This document shows, piece by piece, positions 9,856 through 18,427 of a stretch of DNA of 64,000 bases. The position numbers and the translations under genes are program-made. The first letter of the stretch is position 1, and the number at the start of each line of letters is the position of its first letter. This DNA comes from a bacterium (GTDB lineage: Bacteria; UBA8248), in the NCBI GenBank assembly GCA_965219955.1, contig OZ244799.1:1152001-1216000 (forward strand), read 5' to 3'. The notes under the pieces were generated by a model. The model was not told the origin of the DNA and did no database searches. It saw nothing but the letters and a program-made list of their open reading frames with translations.

Positions 9856-11361
9856 TTGCCGCTCGCTAGGCTCGTACTGCCTTCGTTCTATCAGGATTCC
9901 GTGAAACTCATGCGCCTGGCGCGCGAGATCGGCAAGAAACCGGGCGTCTCGGAAGTCGCGGCGCTCATGGGCACGCCCGCGAACCACGAGATCCTGCTTC
10001 AGGCGGGATTAAGCGAGGAGAACGGGGTCGACGCCGGGCCGAACGATCTGGTGCTGGCCGTGGAGGCGGATTCACGAGCGCTGGCATTCGAGGCGATCGA
10101 GGAGGCGAAAGCCTTTCTCACAGAGGCGCGGGCCGGCGGTGGCGGCGCGATTGATTTTTCGCCGTCGAGCCTGGCGGGTGCGCTCGCCGCAGCGCCCGAA
10201 TCCAACCTGGCGATGATCTCCATACCCGGCGCCTATGCCGCGAAAGAAGCCATGGACGCCCTGCGGGGCGGGCTCCACGTGTTCCTGTTCAGCGACAACG
10301 TGGCGGTGGATGACGAGGTGGCGCTCAAGCGGCAGGCCATAGAGCGCGGTTTGCTCCTGATGGGCCCCGACTGCGGAACGGCGTACATCGGGGGCGCCGG
10401 GCTCGGTTTCACCAACGTGGTGAAGCCGGGGCGCGTGGGCTGCATCGCCGCCTCGGGCACCGGCCTGCAAGCCGTGGCCTCTCAACTCGACGCCCTGGGT
10501 GAGGGGATATCCCACGGCATCGGGGTGGGCGGACGCGATTTGTCCGCCGAAGTCGGCGGGCTGATGACGCTCCACGCGCTCGATTTTCTCGCCGATGATC
10601 CCGATACGGAAATCGTGGCGCTCATATCCAAGCCGCCCGACGCGGAGGTGCTACCCAGGATCGAAGAAGCGCTCGAAAACTTCAACAAGCCGCACGTCGT
10701 CTGCTTTCTGGGGGCGGAGAATCCAGACTGGGCGGAGACGCTGGAGGATGCGGGCCACGCCGTGGCGGCGACTCTGAGGGGAGAGGGCTACGAGCCTGAA
10801 GATTTCTTCGCCCAGGCGTGGCTGAAAGAGAAAATCGCCTCCCTTAAGCCGGGCGGCGCGCTCGACGGCGGGGGTGTTCTGGGGTTGTTCTCGGGCGGCA
10901 CGCTCGCCCATGAGAGCTATTTGATTCTCAAGGCGTTGCTCGGCGACGTATCCTGGAACGAGGATGCGGGTCGTCACCGGATTCTCGACCTGGGCGATGA
11001 TCGTTATACGGTGGGCAAGCCCCATCCCATGATCGACCCGGAATCCCGCGCGGAGATGATAGCGCAGGCGGCGACGGATGAAGGCTTGGGCGTTATTCTC
11101 TTCGACCTGATGCTGGGCAGGTCGAGCGCGCAGGACCCGGCGGGTTCTCTGGCGCGGGCGATAAAAGAGGCGAGAGGCAATGCGAGAAGACCGGTTTTCG
11201 TCGCCTCCGTGGTGGGGACGGCGGACGACCCGCAAGGTCTGGACGCGCAGGTGCGGATTCTCCAGGACACCGGCGTGGTCGTGCTTCCCTCGAACGCACA
11301 GGCGGCGCGCTTCGCCGCCGCTGTGGTCCGGCCTGGGCTACTCGAAGGCGATGGATCATGA
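9856..11361 (+). CDS. fdrA: FdrA-family acyl-CoA synthetase-like protein
   Basis: YQDSVKLM, ISIPGAYA, FLFSDNV, MGPDCGTA, ASGTGLQ, GVGGRDLS, ISKPP, GGTL, DLGDD.YT.GKPHPMIDP. Confidence 0.9.
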   Translation: MPLARLVLPSFYQDSVKLMRLAREIGKKPGVSEVAALMGTPANHEILLQAGLSEENGVDAGPNDLVLAVEADSRALAFEAIEEAKAFLTEARAGGGGAIDFSPSSLAGALAAAPESNLAMISIPGAYAAKEAMDALRGGLHVFLFSDNVAVDDEVALKRQAIERGLLLMGPDCGTAYIGGAGLGFTNVVKPGRVGCIAASGTGLQAVASQLDALGEGISHGIGVGGRDLSAEVGGLMTLHALDFLADDPDTEIVALISKPPDAEVLPRIEEALENFNKPHVVCFLGAENPDWAETLEDAGHAVAATLRGEGYEPEDFFAQAWLKEKIASLKPGGALDGGGVLGLFSGGTLAHESYLILKALLGDVSWNEDAGRHRILDLGDDRYTVGKPHPMIDPESRAEMIAQAATDEGLGVILFDLMLGRSSAQDPAGSLARAIKEARGNARRPVFVASVVGTADDPQGLDAQVRILQDTGVVVLPSNAQAARFAAAVVRPGLLEGDGS

Positions 11362-11531
11362 AAGACTTGCGCCGGAAACCGCTTCGGGTCGTGAATCTGG
11401 GTCTCGAGATATTCGCGGATGAACTGAGAGACCAGAACGTGCCCGTGACGCAGGTGCGCTGGCGGCCGCCGGCGGGGGGAAAGCCCCATCTGCTCGAAAT
11501 ACTGGAGAAACTCGAAGAACTCGATAGATGA
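11358..11531 (+). CDS. Stand-alone FdrA/YlbE-junction small protein (57 aa, below ORF-track cutoff)
   Basis: MKDLRRKPLRVVNLGLEIFADELRDQNVPVTQVRWRPPAGGKPHLLEILEKLEELDR*; VVNLGL..FA..L...V.W.PPAGG motif; ATGA overlap with the fdrA stop. Confidence 0.8.
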   Translation: MKDLRRKPLRVVNLGLEIFADELRDQNVPVTQVRWRPPAGGKPHLLEILEKLEELDR

Positions 11532-11567
11532 ATCATGGCGAGCAATACATAAGCAAGGGAGTGAGAA

Positions 11568-12938
11568 ATGAGTGAACCTTGGCGTTTGAGCCTCTCGGAT
11601 GGACTGAGAAAAATCGCGGAAGGCGGCTTGTCCGCTACGGAATGGACGCGTTCTCTGCTGGAGCGGATCGACGCGCTGGAAGGAAAACTCCTGGCGTGGG
11701 CGCACGTGGAGGGGGAGGGCGCGCTCGCAGAAGCCGGAGCGATTGACGAGCGCCTCGCGAGCAGTGAGGGGAACGGGCCGCTCGGGGGCGCCGCCATCGG
11801 CTATAAGGACATCGTGGACGTCGCCGGCCTGCCGCGCGAGGCGAACTCGCCGCTTCTCAAAGGCGAAATAGCGGATGGGGACGCCACGGTCACGACTCGC
11901 CTGAAAGATGCGGGCGCGATTTGCCTCGGCAAGACGGTCACCACGCAGTTCGCCACCTCCGATCCCTCGCAAACGCGGAATCCGTGGAACCTGAAGCGAA
12001 GCCCCGGCGGCTCCAGCAGCGGTTCCGCGGCGGCCGTGGCCGCCGGGATGGTTCCGGCGGCCCTGGGGAGCCAGACGGGCGGCTCGACCCTGCGGCCGGC
12101 CGCGTTTTGCGGCGTGGTGGGCCTGAAACCAACCTATGGCCGTATCCCCAGGAGCGGGCTGATCACGGTGTCCTGGAATCTGGACCACGTGGGCGTCATC
12201 ACCCGGTGTTCCGAGGATGCGGCGCGCGTGCTCACGGCCATCTCGGGAGCGGACGGAATCGACGCCCAGGCGCCCGACGTCGCCGTGCCCGATTACGCCG
12301 AAGCCTCCTCGCCGATGAAACCGGAGCGAGCGTGTTTCTGGAAAGAAGACCTCCTGCCGCACGCGAGCGAGGAGGTGGCCGGGCGAATGGAGGAGTGCGT
12401 GGCGAGCCTGAAGGCCAATGGCGTGGACGTGCAGGAAGCGAAGCTGCCGGTGGACGTGGACGAGATGCACGCGGCGCACCGCATCATCATGCGCGTGGAG
12501 GCGGCCGCCTATCACGATAAAATGTTCCTGGAGAACCAGGACGCCTATGCTTCCCATATCCGGAAAAACATCTCGACGGGCCTCATGACGCCCGCGGTTC
12601 ACTACGTGAACGCCCTGCGCTTTCGCGCGCGCTTCATTCAGCGGATGGCGGATTATTTCCGGAACTTCGACCTCGTCATCCTGCCCTCCCACGTGGAGCG
12701 TCCCCCCATTGCCGAGGAATCCACCGGAAACGCCCTGTTCAACGAGCCCTTCACGCAAATCGGTTTCCCGGCCGTCAGCCTCCCGGTAGGCCGGGGGGAT
12801 GAGAATCTGCCCATCGGGATTCAACTGGGCGGACGCCGCTTCGGCGAGGCCGCGCTTCTCTCCGCCGCACGCTGGTGTGAGGCGGAACTGGGCTGGGTCG
12901 CGGAGTTTCCCGATGTCGAATCGGGAAGGGGCTGTTGA
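11568..12938 (+). CDS. Amidase signature family protein
   Basis: KD, LGKTVTTQFA, PGGSSSGSAAAVAAG, GSQTGGSTLRPAAFCGVVGLKPT (Ser-cisSer-Lys triad). Confidence 0.93.
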   Translation: MSEPWRLSLSDGLRKIAEGGLSATEWTRSLLERIDALEGKLLAWAHVEGEGALAEAGAIDERLASSEGNGPLGGAAIGYKDIVDVAGLPREANSPLLKGEIADGDATVTTRLKDAGAICLGKTVTTQFATSDPSQTRNPWNLKRSPGGSSSGSAAAVAAGMVPAALGSQTGGSTLRPAAFCGVVGLKPTYGRIPRSGLITVSWNLDHVGVITRCSEDAARVLTAISGADGIDAQAPDVAVPDYAEASSPMKPERACFWKEDLLPHASEEVAGRMEECVASLKANGVDVQEAKLPVDVDEMHAAHRIIMRVEAAAYHDKMFLENQDAYASHIRKNISTGLMTPAVHYVNALRFRARFIQRMADYFRNFDLVILPSHVERPPIAEESTGNALFNEPFTQIGFPAVSLPVGRGDENLPIGIQLGGRRFGEAALLSAARWCEAELGWVAEFPDVESGRGC

Positions 12939-13137
12939 AAAAGCCCTCACATCTCTCTCATCCTGAGTAGCGGCGGAGCCGCGTATCGAAGGTCAAACGT
13001 GATTGATGAATGAGCGATTGCTCTCGTCACGGCGCAAGATCCTGGCCCTTCGATGCAAACGCTCCTTCATCGGGGTTGTTGAAAAAATCCGAGGAGAGAG
13101 GAATCACTCCCCCTCAAGGGCTTGTTGAAAAACCCCC

Positions 13138-13259
13138 TCATCCCGAGTAGGCGCGCTTGCGCGCCGTATCGAGGGACGAGGGAGAGCCGGGAGCCTGGCC
13201 TGAGATTGTCGAAGGGGAGCGCCCTTCGATACGCCGCCTTCGGCGGCTACTCAGGGTGA
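13138..13259. repeat. TCATCC(C/T)GAG...TCGA palindromic repeat pair
   Basis: TCATCCCGAGTAGGCGCGCTTGCGCGCCGTATCGAGGGACG is identical at 22246 and nearly identical in reverse at about 39238-39277; partner CCTTCGATAC...CTACTCAGGGTGA. Confidence 0.8.
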
Positions 13260-13276
13260 GGCAGCGTGGTTTTGTT

Positions 13277-13482
13277 CGTCATTCCGGCGAAAGCCGGAAT
13301 CCATTTTGACTTTTGCTTTTCGCCTTGATTCATGCTCGACAAAGCCGCAATCAAACGCCTGAACGCATCCGCCCTCATCGGCTCCGGACTCCGCATTCTC
13401 TCCCGTCCCGAGCGGGGCTGACGCCGGAATAACGATCAAAGACGAAAGGCGAAAATGGATTCCGGCTTTCGCCGGAATGACG
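13277..13482. repeat. CGTC-tagged REP inverted pair
   Basis: CGTCATTCCGGCGAAAGCCGGAATCCA ... TGGATTCCGGCTTTCGCCGGAATGACG. Confidence 0.85.
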
Positions 13483-13901
13483 GTGGTTTTCCCGCATTGA
13501 GGGGCTTTTTCAACAGGCCCCTCAAGGGGGGAGTGAAATTCAAAAACTTGCGCTCAACCAAAATCGCTCCACGGAACTTTTTCAACAGCCCCTCATCAGT
13601 CGCGTTTGACCTCCGGCGGCTACTCAGGGTGAAGAAAGAGACGTTGGCGATTTCCAGGGGGGGATCCATACGGTGTTTTTTCAACAACCTCGGTAAGCTG
13701 AGCCGTCCTCGGCGCTATCGCGTGTCAGGCTTTGTTTTTCATCGTAAGGCCGTGAGGTTTCTTGCTTTTTGTCCTGCGGTGTGGTTTAAGGTTTTGTCAT
13801 ACGGATATTTTTAATTCCAGGGGTGGTTGCGAGGCTGAGAAGGCGGGACTATTTCATTCATTTTCCCTCCCATGCCCCTGCCGATGATGAACCGGGTTTT
13901 T

Positions 13902-14390
13902 ATGTTCAAGACGACGAAAATAGGGCACGTTGGGTTCTGGACCAAAGACCTGGACCGGATGCAGGATTTCTACACCCGCGTGCTGGGCTTCAAGGTAACG
14001 AGCAGGAGCGGACCGGGAGCGAAAGTACCCGGCGGGGCTTCGGTATTTTTACGGTGCGACGTCACCCATCATGAGGTCGTTTTCTTCCAGTCCCCGGAGG
14101 ATGCCCCGGGGCTGTACCCCGCATCGGGCAATTCCATGGCGGAGGCCAAGCCGGGATTTCAGCACGTCGCTTTCGAGTTGCCGGACAGGGGAGAGTGGCT
14201 CAAGGCGCTTCGGCACCTGAAAGAGTGCGGCGTCAGGATCGAATACGGTCCCCTGGTCCACGGCCCCGAGGGAGACGGGTTCGAGGCGGGCAGCGGGAAC
14301 CGCGCTTTTTATTTCTGCGACCCGGACGGGAACTACATCGAGTTGTATTGCGACATCGACACGTTTCACGAAGAAGAGGAGAATTCCTGA
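13902..14390 (+). CDS. VOC/glyoxalase family protein
   Basis: IGHVGF..DL.RM.DFYTRVLG, HHEV, QHVAFE, YFCDPDGNYIEL; start codon uncertain (13872-13902). Confidence 0.88.
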   Translation: MFKTTKIGHVGFWTKDLDRMQDFYTRVLGFKVTSRSGPGAKVPGGASVFLRCDVTHHEVVFFQSPEDAPGLYPASGNSMAEAKPGFQHVAFELPDRGEWLKALRHLKECGVRIEYGPLVHGPEGDGFEAGSGNRAFYFCDPDGNYIELYCDIDTFHEEEENS

Positions 14391-14462
14391 TTCTCGTATT
14401 TGAGTAAGTATTCCGGGAATCGTTTTTTCGTGGCATCACTATTCACCAAGGAGGAGAAACAG

Positions 14463-15440
14463 ATGAAGTACATGAAAAACGCTGCGATTGCAGCAGTCGC
14501 GTTCACGCTGGCGGTCGGCCTGTCGTTCTCGAGCGCCGAAGCCGCACGCATCAAGACCTCGGTCGCCAGCGCCGGACCCGGCGCCGCCGCCTACGTGATC
14601 TGGGGCGGTCTCGCGGCTCTGGTGTCCAAAGAATCGAAGACCGTCGAGATGAACAACCTCACCACGCGCGGCGCGGTGGAAGACATCCGGCTGGTCGAAA
14701 ACGGCAAAGCCGAGTTCGCCCTCGGCGTGGCCACGCTCGTGGATTTGGCGCTCAAGGGCAAGAAAATGTTCAAGAAGCCCTACAAGAACGTATGCGGCTT
14801 CGGACCCGGAACGGTTTCGCAGTTCCACATCGCCGTTCGGAAGGACTCGGGCATCAAGACGGTCGCCGACCTCAACGGCAAGCGCGTAAGCTTCGCGCGC
14901 CGGGGCAGCAGCACGCACTTCATGACGCGAACCATCGTGGCGCTCGCCGGCATCAAGGTGCGCGAGGAGAACCTGAACTGGAACGTGGCGGCCGACGCCG
15001 TCAAGGACGGTCGCCTCGACGCCTTCACCATCCCGAACCCGGTTCCCTCTCCGGCCGTTCTGAAGCTGGCGACCTCGCTGCCCATTACGCTGATTCCGGT
15101 GGACGGAAAAGTAGGCGACGGCCTTCTCAAGTCGAACAAGGCCTATTTCAATACCACCATCGTCAAGAACGCCTATAACGGCGTCGACAAGCCGGTGCCC
15201 ACCATCGGCTACGCCGCGTGGACCATCGTGGGCTGCAACGTGCCCAACGACGTCGTGTATGAAGTGGCGCGCATCAACTTCTCGAAGAAGGGCCGCGAGT
15301 TCCTGCTCAAAGTGCACAAGGGCTGGGCTTCGGGCTTCGTGACGGCCCCGGATCTGAAAGGGATGGCCGCCATCAACCTGAAAGCGCATCCGGGCGCAGA
15401 GCGTTACTGGAAGGAAGTCGGCTACAAACTGCCGAATTAG
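14463..15440 (+). CDS. TAXI-family TRAP transporter solute-binding protein
   Basis: Signal peptide; TTRGAVEDIRL, DSGIKTVADLNGKRVS, HPGAERYWKE; AAGGAGG RBS. Confidence 0.92.
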   Translation: MKYMKNAAIAAVAFTLAVGLSFSSAEAARIKTSVASAGPGAAAYVIWGGLAALVSKESKTVEMNNLTTRGAVEDIRLVENGKAEFALGVATLVDLALKGKKMFKKPYKNVCGFGPGTVSQFHIAVRKDSGIKTVADLNGKRVSFARRGSSTHFMTRTIVALAGIKVREENLNWNVAADAVKDGRLDAFTIPNPVPSPAVLKLATSLPITLIPVDGKVGDGLLKSNKAYFNTTIVKNAYNGVDKPVPTIGYAAWTIVGCNVPNDVVYEVARINFSKKGREFLLKVHKGWASGFVTAPDLKGMAAINLKAHPGAERYWKEVGYKLPN

Positions 15441-15462
15441 TAAAAAGAATCACGCTTCTTCA

Positions 15463-15495
15463 CCGGCCGGGAGGCTTGCTCTCCTCCCGGCCGGT
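15463..15495 (+). other. Intercistronic stem-loop after the binding-protein gene
   Basis: CCGGCCGGGAGG-cttgctct-CCTCCCGGCCGG perfect 12-bp stem between SBP and permease genes. Confidence 0.6.
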
Positions 15496-15570
15496 ATCTT
15501 CAAGCGAAGCACCCGTTCTTGTTGAGGGTGCTTCGTCGGAAATGCGGCACTTCCTTCGGGGGAACATCTA

Positions 15571-17694
15571 TTGAGTTTTCGCAGCGTCCTGGACAAAATC
15601 GGCGGCTTCCTCGGTGCGGGCCTCTCCACGACGAGGACGCTGAGTGGTCATTCCCTCTGGGCGGTGCGCGTGGTGGGCTTCATATTCGCCGCATATTTTC
15701 TCTTCGGCGCCGTGAACGGGAGCTTCACCGTCTTCGGCCCGAGAAGCATGAAACTTGCGCTGCTCGAATTTCCCTACATCCCGTACTACGGGGAGCAGTT
15801 CTCCCTGCCCATATTCATCTGCTTTACATCCGTTCTCACCTTTATGCTCTATCCCTGCAGGGAGAATTCGCCGAAAGACAGGCCCTCGGGCTTCGACGTG
15901 ATCTGGTGCGTACTGAGCTTCGTCGTGATGTGCGAGTTCATGTATTACTACGACGACCGCGGCGCCCGGGCGGGCATCGTGGAGTGGAACGACGTGGTGT
16001 TCGGCTTCGCCGCCGCATGCCTCGTCTGGGAGACGTGCCGCCGCGTGCTCGGTCTCGTCTTGCCCATCGTCGCCATCGTATTCCTGTTCTACGACTGGGC
16101 GGGGCCGATATTCCCCGGTTTGCTCTCGCACAAGGGTGCGGAGTTCGGCTACGTGATGGGCTACCTCTACAGCCAGTCGGGCATCTACGGGGTCATCACC
16201 CGCGTCTACGCGCAGGTGGTTTTCATCTTCCTGATATTCGGCGCGCTGCTGCAGGCCACGCGGGTGGGGGACGTGTTCGTCGATCTCGCCTTCGCGCTCG
16301 TGGGCCGTTTCAAGGGCGGCGCGGCGAAGGCCGCCGTCGTGTCGAGCGGCCTCGTCGGCTCCATCGTGGGAAGCGGGGCGGCGAACATCGTCATCACCGG
16401 GACCTTCACCATCCCCCTCATGAAGCGCGGGGGCTTCCGGGCCACCTACGCCGCGGCGACCGAGGCGGTGGCCAGCATCGGCGGCCATCTGATGCCGCCC
16501 ATCATGGCGTCGGCCGCCTTCATCCTCGCGGCGATGACCGAGACGCCCTACTACAAGGTCGCCCTCGTGAGCCTCGTGCCGGCGCTGCTCTATTATCTTT
16601 CCGTCTTCATGTCGGTCCACTACTACGCGAGCAAGAACAACTTGCAAGGCCTCTCGAAAGAAGAGCTGCCCGATTTCTGGGGCGTGATGAAAAAGGACGG
16701 GATACTGCTCCTCCCCATCGCGCTGCTCATCATGCTCCTCATCCTTCAGTTCTCGCCGTTCTTCGCGGGCTTCTGGGCCATCGTCGCTTCGGTGGTGGTG
16801 AGCACGTTCAAGCAGAAGTGCTGGTACCTGCTGGGCGTGCAGGCGGCCGTTTTCGTCGCCAGCGTCCTCTATGGCGGCGACGCAGTGTATCTCTACGTGC
16901 TGATCGGCTGCTTCCTGTCGTGGCGGCACCAGGAGGCGCGGCGTATCATGTCCGAGATCGGCGACGCGTTCGTCACGGGCTCGGTAAATTCGCTCGTCAT
17001 CGGCGCGACGGCGGGCGTCATGGGTCTCGTGCTCACCGGCGTCACGCATCCCGATCTGGCGCAGAAGATGACGGCCATCATCCTCTCCTATTCGAACAAC
17101 ATGCTCTGGCTGGCCGTGGCCCTGGTGGCGCTCGCAAGCTACATCCTGGGCATGGGGATGACGATCACGGCGAGCTACATCCTCATCGCCATCCTGGCGG
17201 GCCCCGCGCTCATGGACTTCGGCCTCTCGATGTTCACCGCGCACATGATCATCCTCTGGCTGAGCCAGGACGCGGCCCTCACGCCGCCCTTCGCCCTGGG
17301 CGCGTTCGTGGCGGCGGGCGTCGCGCAGTGCGATCCCATGCGGACGGGCTTCATATCCCTCAAGCTGGCGAAGCCGCTCTACGTCGTGCCGCTCCTGATG
17401 GCCTACACGCCGATACTCATCAACGGGCCCTGGGATCAGGTGATTCTTGTATGGGTGAGCGCGGCCCTGGGCTTCATCTGCACCTCGGCGGCCCTGGAGG
17501 GTTATTTCCTGCGCATCCTGACGACGTTCGACCGGTGCCTGATGGGTGCGGCCGGTTGCGCCCTGTTCTGGAACGGCATGTGGTACAAGACGACGGGGCT
17601 TGCGCTGCTGATCGTCTCTGTCGTCATGCAGCTCATGAGGCCGAAGGATTTCGTGACTCCGGTGCCCGTGGAGGCGGAATCTAGCGAGAGCTAG
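15571..17694 (+). CDS. TRAP transporter fused 4TM/12TM permease
   Basis: GGAAKAAVVSS..VGSIVGSGAANI..TGTFTIPLMKR, EAVASIGGHLMPPIMA, ILGMGM, LTPP. Confidence 0.93.
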   Translation: MSFRSVLDKIGGFLGAGLSTTRTLSGHSLWAVRVVGFIFAAYFLFGAVNGSFTVFGPRSMKLALLEFPYIPYYGEQFSLPIFICFTSVLTFMLYPCRENSPKDRPSGFDVIWCVLSFVVMCEFMYYYDDRGARAGIVEWNDVVFGFAAACLVWETCRRVLGLVLPIVAIVFLFYDWAGPIFPGLLSHKGAEFGYVMGYLYSQSGIYGVITRVYAQVVFIFLIFGALLQATRVGDVFVDLAFALVGRFKGGAAKAAVVSSGLVGSIVGSGAANIVITGTFTIPLMKRGGFRATYAAATEAVASIGGHLMPPIMASAAFILAAMTETPYYKVALVSLVPALLYYLSVFMSVHYYASKNNLQGLSKEELPDFWGVMKKDGILLLPIALLIMLLILQFSPFFAGFWAIVASVVVSTFKQKCWYLLGVQAAVFVASVLYGGDAVYLYVLIGCFLSWRHQEARRIMSEIGDAFVTGSVNSLVIGATAGVMGLVLTGVTHPDLAQKMTAIILSYSNNMLWLAVALVALASYILGMGMTITASYILIAILAGPALMDFGLSMFTAHMIILWLSQDAALTPPFALGAFVAAGVAQCDPMRTGFISLKLAKPLYVVPLLMAYTPILINGPWDQVILVWVSAALGFICTSAALEGYFLRILTTFDRCLMGAAGCALFWNGMWYKTTGLALLIVSVVMQLMRPKDFVTPVPVEAESSES

Positions 17695-17738
17695 GGCTTG
17701 GGGTTGTTGGAAGAGTCCCTCATTGGCCGATTCGATCT

Positions 17739-17824
17739 GTAGGGACAATCCCTCCTCGAGGTTGTCCTGCCCTCCGTGGTTGTCCTTTGTCGGGTATCGG
17801 ACAGGCACGGAGGCTTGTCCCTAC
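17739..17824. repeat. GTAG-REP cluster
   Basis: GTAGGGACAATCC...GGTTGTCC and GGACAGGCACGGAGGCTTGTCCCTAC; similar to 33736-33812. Confidence 0.75.
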
Positions 17825-17893
17825 GGGCAATACGGAAGCCGCACGACGCCGTTACTTCGCAACCGCAGCGTCCGCCCGCCTTTTGGTTTTGAT

Positions 17894-18111
17894 CGTCATT
17901 CCGGCCTTGCGCCGGAATCCATTTTTGCGCCTTTTGCCTTTTCGCTTTCTCGCTCGGACGTTTTTACGCCCGGACGGGGAGGATCGGAATCGAACGCAAA
18001 AACGAAAGGCGAATTCTCTGGATTCCGCATCCAGACACCACGCAACAACAAGGTCATGCCAGCCCGCCAGGTGAAAAGTCAAAATGGATTCCGGCTTTCG
18101 CCGGAATGACG
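17894..18111. repeat. CGTC-tagged REP inverted pair with conserved spacer
   Basis: CGTCATTCCGG...GGAATCCA / TGGATTCCGGCTTTCGCCGGAATGACG; spacer homologous to 33415-33629. Confidence 0.85.
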
Positions 18112-18167
18112 GGGGGAGGGTTTGCGGCTTTCGTAGGGGCGGACCTGCGTGTCCGTATATGGACGCC

Positions 18168-18427
18168 CACGAGAATGCAAGCGGTTTTTGGGGAGGGTTC
18201 GGCGCAAAGCGGTTCGGCTCAGTCGTATATCCGGCCTCTTCGTTGCGGCGCTTTACTCTGGCCGCGGGCCCGTATGGAGATAGGTGGACCGGGTCCAAAT
18301 CGCCCTCGTGAGCTCGGTGGCTCTGGACACGCATCTGGTTTTCCCGATCCCGTCTCGATGACCGTTTGCCCTTACCCTTCCTCCGGCCTGCTCACATTCC
18401 TCCCGGCTCTATCCGTGCGCCCGCCGC
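18168..18427 (-). ncRNA. Putative bridge/seek RNA region of the IS110 element
   Basis: 260-nt non-coding region 3' of the recombinase; contains TGCGTGTCC and GGGCG (match the target flanks) and ATATACGA (matches the predicted circle junction); exact RNA ends unknown. Confidence 0.72.

Larger units (their letters stand above)
12928..13691. mobile_element. Three nested TIR elements (MITE-like) with REP cargo
   Basis: Left ends GGGSYTGTTGAAAAA at 12928, 13072, 13118; right ends TTTTCAACA... finishing at 13520, 13592, 13691; flanking duplications CTCAA/CTCAA, TCATC/TCATC, GGGAA/GGTAA. Confidence 0.78.

Noticed and set aside
11568-12938. gatA assignment for the amidase
   Set aside because: No gatB nearby and the context is catabolic; only the generic amidase signature is supported
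12928-13814. ORFs such as 13455-13814, 17723-18109, 33303-33656 and 3610-3795 (MDSGFRRND, SFRRKPES, VGTGLRACP)
   Set aside because: They are translations of REP and TIR repeats, not protein families
15519-17808. Very long alternative-frame ORFs (15519-17684, 15568-17808; likewise 11004-12950, 28918-30756, 34626-36407, 6220-7731)
   Set aside because: Shadow ORFs over well-supported genes, expected from high GC codon bias; no motifs
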